Source of the DNA: a virus
Lineage: Duplodnaviria > Heunggongvirae > Uroviricota > Caudoviricetes
Virus record (IMG/VR): IMGVR_UViG_3300021399_000121
Span: 43,502-107,501 of that record
DNA length: 64,000 nt
Reading direction: 5' to 3' (one strand)
The position numbers and the translations under genes were made by a program. Of the stretch, positions 1-12,899 are shown one piece after another (position 1 is the stretch's first letter; each line of letters starts with the position of its first letter). The notes under the pieces are model-generated. The model had not been told where the DNA came from. It made no database searches and was given only the letters and a program-made list of their open reading frames with translations.

Positions 1-3000
1 AAGGGCGAATGATTATGAGTTAAAACTATTTATAGTGATGGTAATATAGCTATTACCAAATCATATATAGGTACAGATGGTCAAGACGGCAATTCTGTTT
101 CTATTGGATCTATTAATAAAGTTAATGGTAAAACAACTATTACACTTATTGATAGTGATGGAACTCAAAGACAGCCAATTGAAATAGAAGATGGTAAAGA
201 TGGTCAACAAGGTATTACGGGGCCAACTGGCGCAGATGGAAAACCATCATATACCCATTTTGCTTGAGCTAATAAAATTGTAATAAAACAAGATAAGTCC
301 ATAGAGCCGCAAAATTCTGGTTTTTCTACTACTATAAGTGCGGGAAAAAGCTATCTTGGTGTTTATACAGATGATAATATCCAAGATTCTGAAGATATTA
401 ATGATTATTCATGAACATTAATTAAAGGTGAAAATGGATATAGTACAGTAAGAATAGTACTGTATAAACGTGCGGCAAGTGAGCCTACCGCGCCATCTGG
501 TACATTAACTTATACTTTTGCTACAAATAGCTTGTCTGGTAATTTGGATGGTTGGTCAATAGAAATCCCAACTGGTAACAATCCTTGTTGAGCTATTGCC
601 GCGACTGCGACGGGTACTGGTAGTACAGATGAAATTAGTAATGAATGAACTTCTCCCGTTAAAGTATTTGAAGATGGTTCCGCAGGTTTAAATCAAGCTA
701 ATATTATGTTATATCAAAGGAGTCTTGCTAAACCAGATAAACCTACAAGTAATCTTACTTATACTTTTGCTACAAATAATTTATCTGGGACTCTTGGAAA
801 TTGAAGTAGAACAATTCCTGCTTCAAATGGTTTGCCTTGTTGAATTACAACAGCTGTAGCAATTTCAACTAATTCTATAGATACAATTGAGCCAAATGAT
901 TGAGCTGACCCAGTTAAATTTGTTGTTGATGGCGAAGATGGTAAAATTTTAAATATCCTTCCAGGTCTTTATAGTGACGATTTTCCTCTTCCTGCTATTG
1001 GAACAGTTCAAGATGGCGATGCTTATCTTTTTGATGATGGCGATGGTCAATATGATCTTTACTATAAAGGTTCTAGAGCTACACAATGGACGATTGTAGA
1101 AAATTGGCAAGGTGTTCAAGGTCCTAAAGGTGAACAGGGTATCCAAGGTGAACAAGGTATTCAAGGTGAGCGAGGGCCGCAAGGTTATTCAATTTCACAA
1201 ATTATAAATTATTATCTTGCAACTTCTGAATCATCAGGTGTAACAATTTCAACAGCTGGATGAAGTACTGACGCAAGTACTCAAATTATGACAGCTACAA
1301 ATAAATATTTATGGAATTATGAAATTACTAAAAACTCTAATAATCAAACAATAAATACTACAAGTCCAATGATTATTGGTGTATATGGTGAAGATGGATC
1401 AACTGGTGAAGATGGTAAAGGTATTGTTTCTATTACAGAATATTATGCTCGTAATAATAGTAATGTAGCTCCTGGAGATAATGACTTTTCTACAACAGTT
1501 GTTGAACCAAATGCAAATAATAGATATTTATGAAATTATGAAATCATTGCTTATACGACTGGTGATCCCTATAAATCAAATAAGCATATTATTGGCGTCT
1601 ATGGTGAAAAAGGAGAGACAGGTGACCAAGGCCCGCGAGGTGAAACTGGTGAAAAGGGTGACACCGGTGCTCAAGGTCCTCAAGGTGAACAAGGGCCAAA
1701 AGGTGATACTCCCGTAATTACAACTACTAAAAATGGTAAAACAACCACCATTAAAGCAGATGGTGCTTCTATTGGTACAATTATAGATGGCGCTGATGGT
1801 CAATCACCAACCGTTTCCAAGAGTGGGAAAGTTGTTACTATTACTGATGCAGCGGGTGCTACTGTTACTATTAGTGATGGTGAAGATGGAACGTCTATTA
1901 AAGGTGATGATGGTGATGATGCTTGATTCCATATAGCTTGAGCTAATAGTGCAGACGGTACTACAGATTTTTCAACTACTGCTGCGGCTAATAAACTATA
2001 TATGGGGACATATACTGACCATATAGAAACAGATTCTCAATCACCTTCAAAATATAAATGAGTAAAAGTTAAAGGTGAACAAGGTGTTCAAGGAGAAAAG
2101 GGTGACACTGGTGTAGGTATACAATCAGTTACAGAGCAATATGTCCGTAATAATAATGGAGAGTCTGCTCCTTTAACTGGTTGAGGGACAACTGTTCTTA
2201 CTCCAATATCATCTGAAAAATATGTTTGAAATCGTGAAATTATTAATTATACAGATGGAACTAGTTCTGATCCGACTCAGCCACACATTATATCAATTTT
2301 TGGTGAACAAGGTACTGCAGGTAAAGGAATTACTTCTATCGTAGAATATTATAAAGTTAATAATTCAACTACGGCTCCGGCAGAAAATGAATTCTCAACT
2401 ACGGTTGCAGTTCCAACTTCAACTAACCGCTATTTGTGAAATTATGAGGTTATAAATTATACTACAGGGAATCCTACAAAAACTGATAGACGAATTATTG
2501 GAGTATATGGTGAGAAAGGTGACCGAGGTTTAACTGGCCCACAAGGTGAGCAAGGGCCTAAAGGCGATACTGGAACAAGTATAACTGTTACATCTAATGT
2601 GACAGAATATACAAGTTCTACAAGTGGAACCATAAAACCAGATTCTGGATGGCAGTCAACTGTTCCAAGTGTAGCTCAGGGTTCTTATTTATGAACAAAA
2701 GTTACTACTATATTTTCAGATTCAACTGAAGCAGTTAGCTATACTGTCTCACGACAGGGTATAAATGGTACTAATGGTACCAATGGAACTTCTGTAACAG
2801 TAAAAAGTATAGAATATAGTTATCAGCTTTCTACCAATGGAACGACACCCCCTCCTGCGGGAGGTTGACAAAGTGATCCGCAAGCACCTACTACAACACA
2901 ATATGCTTGGACAAAAACAGTTACAACTTATAGTGATAATAGTGTAGCTACTACTTATACAGTAGGTGGTAAAACTGGTACTAATGGTACTAGTTCTTAT

Positions 3001-3441
3001 ACTTATGTGCGGTATGGTACTAATTCTTCTGGAGCGGGAATGACCGATACACCAACCGCATCTACTACTTATATTGGTGTATATGTCGGTGATAGCGCTA
3101 CAGCACCTACAACTGCAAATTCATATATTTGATCTAAGTATGTCGGTGATAAAGGAGAAAAAGGTGATAAGGGGGATAAAGGTGACACTGGACAAACTGG
3201 TGCGACTGGCCCTGAAGCCGTTGTAACTATTGTACCTAGTAATATTAATTGAGATAATAATACCGCTACTCTTGGAGTAGTATTGAGAGTTAATGGAGTT
3301 GTAACGACACCAACTTCATATAGTTGAACCAAAACTACAGGTACATTTACAACGGATTTAAATGTTACTACACCTACATTTACATTAGATGGTAGTACAA
3401 ATAAGTTAAATTCTACATATAATTGTACTGTCACATGATAA
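1..3441 (+). CDS. Collagen-like tail-fibre structural protein, 5'-truncated, TGA-recoded. Start lies upstream of the window; stop is TAA at 3439-3441.
   Basis: A single frame (codon phase of position 1) is open across about 3.4 kb only if the roughly 25 in-frame TGA codons are sense. It contains Gly-X-Y collagen runs (1120-1190, 1600-1720, 2510-2580, 3150-3230). The repeated motif RYLWNYEI uses TGG in one copy (1312-1314) and TGA at the same position in others (1531-1533, 2437-2439). YTHFAWAN/WFHIAWANSADG motifs resemble Firmicutes phage tail-fibre motifs. No TAA/TAG occurs in this frame. Confidence 0.6.
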
Positions 3442-3455
3442 GATAAGGAGATAAA

Positions 3456-6400
3456 ATGAGTACACAAACTGGTTCAATTAGTTTTGAATCTACTGGTACA
3501 ATAAGCCAGCATGTAAAACAAAACTATGCGACTTTGTCACAGATAAAAGGACAATTTGCTACAAGTAGTACTGGTGCAAGCACAGCCGCAAAAGTAGCTA
3601 CAATTGTTCCTCAGAATACTGGTTGAACTCTTTATACTGGTGCAACTGTGACAGTAAAATTTACAAGTAAGAATACAACAACAACGGCGCCCACATTAAA
3701 TGTTAATAATACGGGCGCCAAGCCTATTAAAGATTTTAATGGCAATGATTTAGATAGTGATGCTTATAATTGGCCTGCGGGTGCGGCTATGTCATTTACT
3801 TATGATGGAACCTCTTGGAGATTACAAGATAGTGATTTAATGGAACGTGTTCATAGTGCGGAAACAAAAATTGAACAAAATGCAGAAGATATTGCATTAA
3901 GAGCTACTAAAGAAGAAGTTAATAATGCTATAGATGATGTTAAAGTTACTAAATCTACATGTGGTAGAAGTATTGTAACTGAAGATGCTGCAGATTTACC
4001 TTTACTTAATTTAAGTATTTATGGTGAATGCCAGCAGGACGGGACGCCTACGCCAGACGCGCCAGTGGAGATTAGGAGTGTGCGGGGGAGGAACCTGCTG
4101 GACGTGCCAACTATCGATGAGGTAATCGAGAGGGATACGGGCGATAGCGGAACCTACCACACCATGCCGATTCAGCTCAAGCCGAACACGACCTATCACT
4201 TCACACCTTTCGTCGCAGACGGCTACGAAACGAAAATCGCCAACACGTTTATCCTAATCGCCGAATCCAGCAGCAATACCAACTGGAAGTCGTTCGCCCA
4301 TGCTTCGGTAGGAGCGGTAGGCGGCAACCTCAAAACTGGCGAAGATGGCAGGCTGTGGATAAACGTCTACAAGAATTCATCGTGCCGCGAAAACTATCCG
4401 ACCGTCATGGAAAACGTCAAGGGCATGCTCATCGAAGGCGGCGTTGCGGCAACACGCCATACCCCATACGGCACCGTCGCAGTCGTAGCTCGCGGAAGAA
4501 ACGCATGGAACGAAGCCTGGGAACTTGGAGCGTTCAACACGACAACTGGCGCTAACATCAACAATGGCACTCAGATACGCTCGAAGTACAGGCTGGAAGT
4601 GACGCCTGGCGAGACGTACTACATCGCAGCACCGTCGTATATCTGGATGATTTTCTACGACGGACGCAACAACGTCATAACGGAGGTGCCGTCTGGTAGT
4701 TATGCCAAAAACGGTTATTCGATAGGCTGCGGTGCTATTTACAGCCGCACAGTCACGATGCCAGACAATTGCCATAGCGTACGATTCTATTGCCAAAACA
4801 TGTACGGCACCACCTACAACAACGACATCTGCATCAACGTCAGCGACCCAGACTTCAACGGCCAGTACGAACCCTACAGGGAATCCGTGAGCTACATCGA
4901 CCTGAAGGGCGAGGAGCTGTGCAAACACTCGTCCACTGGTTCGAAATACCGCGACGTGCTTACGATTGACGCGAGCGGGCACGTGACGCTTGAGAAGCGC
5001 ACGCAGGTCGAGACGGTGACTGCTGTCGGCACGGCGGGCGGCACCACGACCAAGTACGCCTCTTTGACCGTCACGCCGAGAGCGAAGAGGTGGTCGAGCA
5101 GCGCCGACGCGGCAGCGGACGGCTACGGCAGCCACCTTTGGAACACGATGCTGGCGCAGGACGCAGCCGCCTACATTGGTGCGACGTGGAACAGCCTGTA
5201 CGCCTACGTCCCTCAATCCGAAGAATGGGAGCAAACCGATTTCGACAAGCTCGTGGGGATGAAGCTCGTTGACCTTCTGCCGCCGAAGGATTGGTACACA
5301 ATCGACCTCGGCTACATCGACCCGCCCACCACGTTCGACGGCGGCACCGTCCACGTGGAGGCCGAGATACAACCGCAAATATGTGGTTCATGATGGACAA
5401 AATCTGGTCAAGAAGCAGGTAATGCACATCAATCTTCAGTTAAAGAAAATGCAGAATTACGTATTGCCGCTGATGGAATTACTTCTGAAGTTTCTAAAAT
5501 TTCAAGTGTAAAATATGTTACCACTGTATATAATTATACTTTAACACAAATTAAAACCTATGCGGCAGAAGGGGATTCTTATAATTGAACCATAGCGAGC
5601 GATGATAGCATTAGAGTTGGAGATACTGTATATGTTAAAGTTCAAGATACTACTCGTACTTGCCCAGTATATATTAAAGTTAAAGTTACAGCGATTTCAT
5701 CTCCTGCCAGAATAACTGGTATATCGCATGGTTATGAAGATGTATTACCAGTTGATACTATTAAATCTACTATTAATCAGTCTGCCGATAGCGTTAAGAT
5801 TGCGGCAAATCATGTAGACATTGAGGGTGCCGCAATATTTAGTAGTGGTGGTGCTTATGATAAATCTACTACAGTAGTTAGTACTCAAACACAATGGTAT
5901 AGTTCTACTAGTGCTACATCCAAAAGTGGCGGAAGTTGAGGAACTACTCAACCTACTGTATCAGCTGGCAGATATATATGACAACGTGAGTTAGTAACCT
6001 ATGCTAATGGTACTACGGCTTATAAACCTTCTGAAGCTGGCGTTTGCATTCAAGGTCAAACAGATTTAAGTAGTTATAGCACTACGGCACAAGCAAATAA
6101 TTTATATGATGCTAAAGGTGCGGCAAATACAGTAAATAATGCCCTTGAAAACTATAAATCAACAACAAATACAACTTTACAGTCATTACAAAGTCAAGTT
6201 GATGGTCAAATTGAAGCATGATATATGGATGGAGCTCCCGCAGAAACATCTTATGCGGCAACTGCCACTCCAACAGATAGTGCTGCTAAAACGTGAACTA
6301 CAAAAGAATTAAAAGATAGACACCTCGGTGACATTTATTATGATATTAACACTGGTCATTCTTGGCGTTGGATGGAAGATGGCTCTAATTATAAATGACA

Positions 6401-8429
6401 ACCAATTCCTGACAGTGATGCGACAGCAGCACTAGCCGCAGCACAGGATGCACAAACTATGGCTAATTCCAAGAGAAGGATATTTACAACTCAACCAACA
6501 CCACCTTATGATGAAGGTGATTTATGGGTTAACGGTAGTGAAATTAGATATTGTAATCAACTTAAAACTAATAGCGGTTCTTATGCGGCAAGTGATTGAA
6601 CTTTAACTGCTACTGATGATACTTTAGCCCAGAGTGCTAAAAATATCGCTGATGCGGCGGCTCCAAAAACTTCAGCAGTCTCCCGCACTCAACGAATATA
6701 TTATCGTCAAACTGCCAATGGGGCTAAGCCAGGAATAAATGAAACATGATTAGCTACTAGTGGAACGGGTTATGGTAATTGATCACTTACTGTGCCCCAG
6801 TTAACGAGTGGTAATACTAAATATCCAAAACTTTATACTGCGGTACAAACTCAAACTGTCGCACAGCAAGCTAATAATGGTACTACTTGTTCATGCTCGC
6901 CAGTGCAACTTGATGATTCAACTACTATTATAGATGGTGGAAATATTATCACAGGAAGTGTTGCAGCTAATAAATTAGACGTATATGATGCTACAATTCA
7001 AAAAATTAAATCTAGTGCTATTGATGTTTCAAGTATTAATATTGGTGATTTAGCTGGTGAAATTGGTGGAAGGAATCTTGTTATCCAGGCCACCCGACGA
7101 CTGGGCCGTTGCCAAAACGGGTCTGATGCTGCGTATAATCAAGGCGCTGATGATGGGCAAAAACACTGGCAGTCTGCCCCTATTGCGGTAAAGCCTGGTG
7201 AACAGTATTCGTTGACAACGCATGGCTGGACTGAAGAATCGGGTCACGCTCGATATGTCGCCATGCATTTTACGACAGACGACCTAACGTGGATAAATCG
7301 CCCCGTAATGCAGGCGTGGGCACCAGCGTTCGAAAATTACACATGGACGGTTACTGCTCCCGACAACGCTGCTTTTGCTCGTGTTTCCGCGCCTAAAGAA
7401 GCATATGAAACAAAGATGAAACTCGAAAAGGGCAACAAGCCAACCGACTGGACTCCGGCCCCCGAGGACATAGACTCCGCAATTGACAACGCTAGTAAAG
7501 TTGCTAGTAATTATATTCATACTGATTCAACCGGTATTAATATATATGATAGTAGTCTTACTAATGCTAGTAAATATTATTTAAGACAAACTGCTAGCGG
7601 CACCTATATTTATAGAAATTCATATCTGAAAGCTAAGTATGAAGATACTATTACACTTTATGGTGGTACTGGAGCTACTAATACTAATACAGATGCTAAT
7701 CCAAAAGTAGAGTTAACATCTAGTGATTTTAAAATGACTGATGCGAGTGGTACTCAAAGATTATTGCTTAACTCTACTGACGGTGTTATAATTGGTAATC
7801 CAAATAAAAGTAAGGTACAAATTACTGATGCGGGCATGACTATTTATGATACTAATAAGAAAAAACGTACCGCAATTGATACTTCTGGTTTACATATCTT
7901 TGATGCAAGTAGTACACCTGTAGAAGTTGCACTATTTGGTTCTACTGTTGAAACTGCTGGAACAACAGCTTTTGCAAGAATTGGTGCAAATAATTCATCA
8001 AGATTTGAGATTAGCCCAACCACTTTAAGTGCATACACTGGTACTACTAAATATTTTGAAGTTAGTGCTAGTGGATTAACTTGAGGAAACAATGTGACTG
8101 CAGCATCACAAAATTATGTTACTAGCCAAGGTTATCAAACTTCTAGTCAAGTAACAAATTTAATTAATACTAATCAAAATGTTATAGATGCAAAAAAACA
8201 TACTCAAGTAATTGTTTCAGCAACTAATGTTGATTATACAGCAGACACATGCACATTAACTGCGAGATTATACATAGATGGTGTATTACAAACTGGCACA
8301 TCATTAAAATGACAATGATATAGAGATGGTACTGCTCAAGGAAGTCAAATAACAGGTGCTACAGGAACGTTGAATGTCACATCTACTCTTGGAATAGCTC
8401 ATCGTTATTCTTGTAAATGTACATTCTAG
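3456..8429 (+). CDS. Giant mosaic tail-fibre/tailspike protein (about 1657 codons) in which TGA is read as Trp. It joins standard-code ORFs 3648..5393, 6792..8084 and 8094..8312 in one frame.
   Basis: An AAGGAG ribosome-binding site (RBS) precedes ATG 3456. One frame contains no TAA/TAG until TAG at 8427-8429. About 15 in-frame TGA codons occur, e.g. 3622, 5391, 5586, 5935, 5977, 6217, 6292, 6394, 6595, 6745, 6781, 8082. The protein is Thr/Ser/Asn-rich and fibre-like. It contains embedded GC-rich islands (4015-5395, 7075-7495). Confidence 0.5.
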
Positions 8430-8441
8430 AAAGGAGAAAAT

Positions 8442-10478
8442 ATGGCAGATGAAATAGGTGAGCTTGATTTAACAGCTCAGGCTAGTGCTGCTAAGACTGC
8501 TACTAATTATATGTTTTTTGACTCAACTAACGGACTCAAAATAGCATCTTCTAACCCATCTAGCGCAGAACGTAGAATACAAATTAAATCAAATGGCATC
8601 GGTATATACAATGATAATAATAATTATTCTTATATAGATTCTAACGGTATGAACATTTATAAAAACGGTAATTCTGTTGCCGCCTTTGGTGGTAGTACTA
8701 CTAGAATTGGTGAATCAGATAATCTACATATGACTCTTTTAAATGGTGGCATAAGGATTTATGAAAAAGAAGAAACCCCTTTCGCTGATTCTAGTACAGC
8801 TAAATTTACTGGAACAGAATCTGTCATTGGAGAAGTTAAAGACATTCATACTCAAATTTCATCGAATGGTTTTGGTATTTTAAATGGTGAAACAAAACTT
8901 TTTTCAATAGACACAGAGCAAAAAATGACAACCCATTCTCAAGATAGTTCACGAGAAGTAAAGCAATTAGTTTTTGATGAAGTTATTGGAGAAGGAACTA
9001 TTACAAATTCAACAAATGGTTATCTTAGTGGTAACGGTAATGTTCATACTAGTACTGATGATCCAGAATGATGTTGAATTTCTTCAAGTAAATTAAGAGC
9101 TAAACCTCAAATATTTCTTGATATGGCACAGTATTCAGATGATACTCAAAGAGAATGAGTTCCTATTGAAGAACTTGAAGGATATGCGTATTATAACTAT
9201 ACAGAGCCAGAAATTTATGATTCTGATAATTACCGTTTTTATTTTAGCGTACAAATTTATGATACTAGCTTATTACCTGTTAGATGAAAAATTGGTATTG
9301 CACATTATGAACGAAATTTAACCGTACAAATTGGTAAAAGTAATGAAAGCCACATGGAATTGGATTACCGCAGTCTACAGATGGTGGGCAAAGAAGGCGA
9401 TGCATATTTTAGAGTAAAGGATCTTAGAGATAACAATGGCCTGTACTCGGAGACTGTCGGTCGGCCTCTCGGTCTAACATTTGCTGCTAGTACTTTACCC
9501 AAAGTCGAGTGAGAGTACACGATAACCGACTATAAGGTGAAGCTTGCGAGCGACGGGAGCGATGATACCGCTAACTGACACCTCCAGGAGTCGAATATAT
9601 TAATACGCAATTCTGAGATAACTTCGCAAACTAGATATTTCATAACACTAACTACGAACTCAGAATATGCGAAGTCTTTTACATTCGGCCACAGAGGGTA
9701 CGAAGATGGCGAGATAACTGATGAGATGGAAGGCGGCTTGTCTGCATCCTTCGGTATGTACACATCGGCTACTGGAAGCGCATCTTTCTCAGAAGGAGAA
9801 AGGTCATCGGCATCAGGAGATTGTTCACATGCTCAAGGTGTCGGGACTGCTGCCACAGGGTACTCTTCTCATGCAGAGGGATATGGAACCATTGCGAACG
9901 GCAATTATTCGCACGCCCAAAATAACAGCACTATCGCATCCAGCGATAACCAAACCGCTCTCGGCAAGTATAATATCGAGGATGCCAACAACGAATATGC
10001 TGTAATTATCGGTAACGGCGCCGATGAAGACGATCCCTCTAATGCCCTGGCCGTCAAATGAAATGGCGATGTAGAAATAGACAACGGACGTATTGAGATT
10101 TCCGATAGTGGGTGAATTACTCCAACAATCAATAGCCCATTTGTAAAATATGATAATGCACGCACGCCGAGATACCGCAAGCTCAATGGTATGGTAGAGA
10201 TTCGTGGTGCTGTGAAGCCTACAAGTACAACGGCCATAAATGAAACCGTACGCACGTTATTCACACTCCCCGAAGGCTATCGTCCCACTAATTGCGAAGT
10301 AACAAAATTGTGCCAAGGCTCTAGCCGCAGAATATGGCTTCTTACTGTTAATACGAATGGCACCGTAATGGCAACAAGATTGAGGGATATGGGTGCAACG
10401 ACCTATCAGAGCACAGTCAATAACGAATGAATGATATTCGATGTAGTGTTCATGGCTGGCGGAGAAAACGTCTCATAA
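8442..10478 (+). CDS. Second tail-fibre protein carrying an ...S.A.G..SHAEG... fibre-repeat region, TGA-recoded. An alternative end is at the TGA at 10428-10430.
   Basis: RBS AAAGGAGAAAAT precedes ATG 8442. ORF 8442..9071, ORF 9726..10061 and ORF 10191..10430 share one frame and are linked by sense TGA codons (9069, 9072, 9159, 9282, 9510, 9573, 10059, 10110). The segment 9766-10055 encodes SASGDCSHAQGVGTAATGYSSHAEGYGTIANGNYSHAQ, a repeat typical of phage tail fibres. Confidence 0.5.
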
Positions 10479-10642
10479 AAAATATGTTGTAATTAAGATA
10501 AGACAGCAGTATATCCCATTATACTTATTATATATAAATTAACTAAAAAATTTTTGCATCTGTTAAAAATTTTTACACAAAAACCTATAATCTATATTGG
10601 CTAAAAATTATATATAATAGAAGATAAAAAAGAAAATAAAAG

Positions 10643-10950
10643 GTGGCTAATATGAAAATTATGCGAAAGCTTTATGACCAGTCTATGGAAGAACTAGACG
10701 GTGTAATAGAATATTCTAATTGTGCTACTTCATGTCGAGATAATTCAGATTTATCTAAAATGTACATCAATATGGCTAAGCAAGAATTAGAACATGCACA
10801 AATGTTACATAATATGTCTAAAAAATTAGCTGAAAGTAAGATAGGTGAAAATGTTGATCCTATGCTTATGGAACTTTGAGAAGAGATGGAACAAGCTAAA
10901 ATAGATAAAATGGCTTTAGCAAAAGCATATGTCACCAATGCAGAAGGATA
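10643..10950 (+). CDS. Small hypothetical protein; ORF 10643..10879 extended through an in-frame TGA to TAG.
   Basis: ATG lies behind an A/G-rich RBS. The frame continues past TGA 10877-10879 to TAG at about 10948-10950. Confidence 0.3.
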
Positions 10951-10959
10951 GGTGATTCT

Positions 10960-11374
10960 AATGCCTGTTGGACAATATAATAATTGAACACCAAATAATT
11001 GATCTGGTACATGGCAATGGAATCAACCCTATCAACCGCAAATGTCTTATAATAATAACAACAATAATATACAGCAGCCTGTCAGTAATATTTTACGTGT
11101 AACAGGCCCAGAAAGCGCTAAAGCTTACCCGGTATCTCCAAATTCTGATGTGGTATTATTTGATGGAGAAAAACCTATTTTCTATTGGAAATCTACTGAT
11201 GATAGCGGATTTGCTAGTATAAGAACTTTCACTTTTGAAGAACAAAAACAAGAAGAAGCTCAACCAATAGTTGAACAAATTGATACTTCAAATTTCATTA
11301 CTAGAGATGACTTAAAAGCATTAGAAAAAGATGTCTCTGAACTTAAAGAAATGCTAGAAGGGTTGGTAAATTAA
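10960..11374 (+). CDS. Small Asn/Gln-rich protein with two in-frame TGA codons near its N-terminus (MPVGQYNNWTPNNWSGTWQW...).
   Basis: ATG at about 10960 follows AGGATAGGTGA. The reading is continuous into ORF 11042..11374 when TGA codons at about 10984 and 10999 are sense. Confidence 0.4.
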
Positions 11375-11375
11375 T

Positions 11376-11600
11376 ATGACTAATCCACTATTTGATAAAC
11401 AACCTCAACCTGGAAATCAAGGAATTTTTGGTCTTATGAAACAATTAAAAGGCGGTGGAGCACAACAAATGTTTGATCAAATGTATCAAACGAATCCGCA
11501 ATTTAGAGATTTTGCTAATTCTATGAAAGGCAAAACTCCAGAACAAGCCTTCCAAGAGAGAGGGTTTGATTTTAATTCCTTTAAAGGTATGATAAATTAG
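11376..11600 (+). CDS. Hypothetical 74-aa protein.
   Basis: ORF track entry; the ATG overlaps the upstream stop (TAATATG). Confidence 0.4.
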   Translation: MTNPLFDKQPQPGNQGIFGLMKQLKGGGAQQMFDQMYQTNPQFRDFANSMKGKTPEQAFQERGFDFNSFKGMIN

Positions 11601-11662
11601 GTAACTACTAACAATAGTTAGTGGAAGATATACAAATTATCAAACGAAAGGATGATAACGTT

Positions 11663-12337
11663 ATGGCTGATATGACTTTAAGTGATATTGCTGCTCTAAA
11701 TCATGATAATGACGGTTGGGGAGGCGGTTGCTGGTGAGTTATTGTACTCTTCGCCCTCATTTTTGGTTGGGGTAATAATGGATTTGGCAACAATGGTTTT
11801 GCTAATGCAATTGGCTATGAAAATCTTGCAACTTCTAATGAAGTACAACGTGGTTTTGATAATCAAAACAGCATGGCAAATCAGCGTGAAATCCTTGCTG
11901 CGGTTAATGCTGGTACCGCACAATCTGTTGCAACCACAAATCAGACATTCCATGATATGCTAGGTGCTCTTAGTGATAAATACATGGAACTACAGCGTGA
12001 CATTGCGGGTTTAGCAGTTGGCCAAGCCAATGCTCTTGCTAATCAAAATCAATGTTGCTGTGACACTAAGATGCTAATTCAGGAGAATGCGGCACAGCAA
12101 CGTTATGAATCTGCTATGCAGAACAATGCTGTTATTCAAGCAATTCAAGCTGAAGGTGCTGCTACTCGTGAAATGTATCAGCAAGATAAGATTGAAGCAC
12201 TACAGAATCGTGTTAATCAATTACAGCTAGATCAAGCTATGCAAGGTGTTGTACGTTATCCTAACATGTTTGCATATAATGCTGGCGCCAATCCATTCTG
12301 CGGTTGCGGTAATGGTGGTTGCTGCGGCAATATTTAA
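11663..12337 (+). CDS. Gly/Cys-rich protein with one hydrophobic segment (VIVLFALIFGWG) and a C-terminal CGCGNGGCCGN tail. It contains one in-frame TGA.
   Basis: ATG 11663 lies behind GAAAGGATGA. It is in frame with ORF 11873..12337 when TGA at about 11735 is sense. Confidence 0.4.
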
Positions 12338-12356
12338 TTAAAAATAGTTAGGGGTA

Positions 12357-12824
12357 ATGTTATACATTACCCCTTATTACTATGTCATTCTCGACAAGGA
12401 AGGAAATTACAAAATGACTTGTAAATCCGCAATTTATACTACAAATGATACTGGTACTACTGTTACAGTTACTAATGATATTCCTGTTCAAGTACCTTAT
12501 GGTGCAATAATTCGTCGCTTTGGTCAAAATGTTCAATCACAAGGTGGCTCAATCCAATGTTGTGGTGCTGGATATTTTGATGTAGATCAAATTTTAACTG
12601 TCACACCAACTGAGGCAGGCCCAATTACAGCTAGACTTTATCAAGACGATAAACCTATCCGTGGAGCTTTTATGACTCTTACAGGAGAAGCTAATACTCC
12701 AATAGCTCTTCCAATTAAAGCTCTTATCCGTAATTGTGGATGTGATTGTAGTAGTGTTTTAACAATAACAATTGATGGTAGTTGTGTTATTAATAACTTC
12801 CCAGCAGTTGTAAAGAAACTTTAA
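12357..12824 (+). CDS. Hypothetical 155-aa protein. The true start may be ATG at about 12414, behind AAGGAAATTACAAA.
   Basis: ORF track entry. Confidence 0.4.
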   Translation: MLYITPYYYVILDKEGNYKMTCKSAIYTTNDTGTTVTVTNDIPVQVPYGAIIRRFGQNVQSQGGSIQCCGAGYFDVDQILTVTPTEAGPITARLYQDDKPIRGAFMTLTGEANTPIALPIKALIRNCGCDCSSVLTITIDGSCVINNFPAVVKKL

Positions 12825-12853
12825 AATGACAAGGCGATTGTTAGAAATTTTTC

Positions 12854-12883
12854 TTGACAATCGCCTATATTTTATTTTATAAT
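12854..12883 (+). promoter_or_regulatory. Sigma70-type promoter (TTGACA, 18-nt spacer, TATAAT) firing into an ORF-free block.
   Basis: TTGACA at 12854-12859 and TATAAT at 12878-12883. Confidence 0.5.
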
Positions 12884-12899
12884 ATTTATAGAAAATAAA

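Noticed and set aside
1100-3230. Tandem DNA repeats or microsatellites in the first gene
   Set aside because: The repeats are codon-level Gly-X-Y (collagen-like) within a protein-coding frame, not non-coding satellites.
3069-3467. ORF 3069..3467 (-), 132 aa
   Set aside because: It lies antisense to the end of the collagen-like fibre gene and is a low-complexity artefact.
4377-5427. Long minus-strand ORFs (4377..5378, 5071..5427) inside the fibre gene
   Set aside because: They lie antisense to a well-supported coding frame within a 60% GC island, and are typical GC-driven spurious ORFs.
4015-10440. Diversity-generating retroelement targeting the tail-fibre genes
   Set aside because: No reverse transcriptase ORF and no template/variable repeat pair; the GC islands are unrelated to one another.
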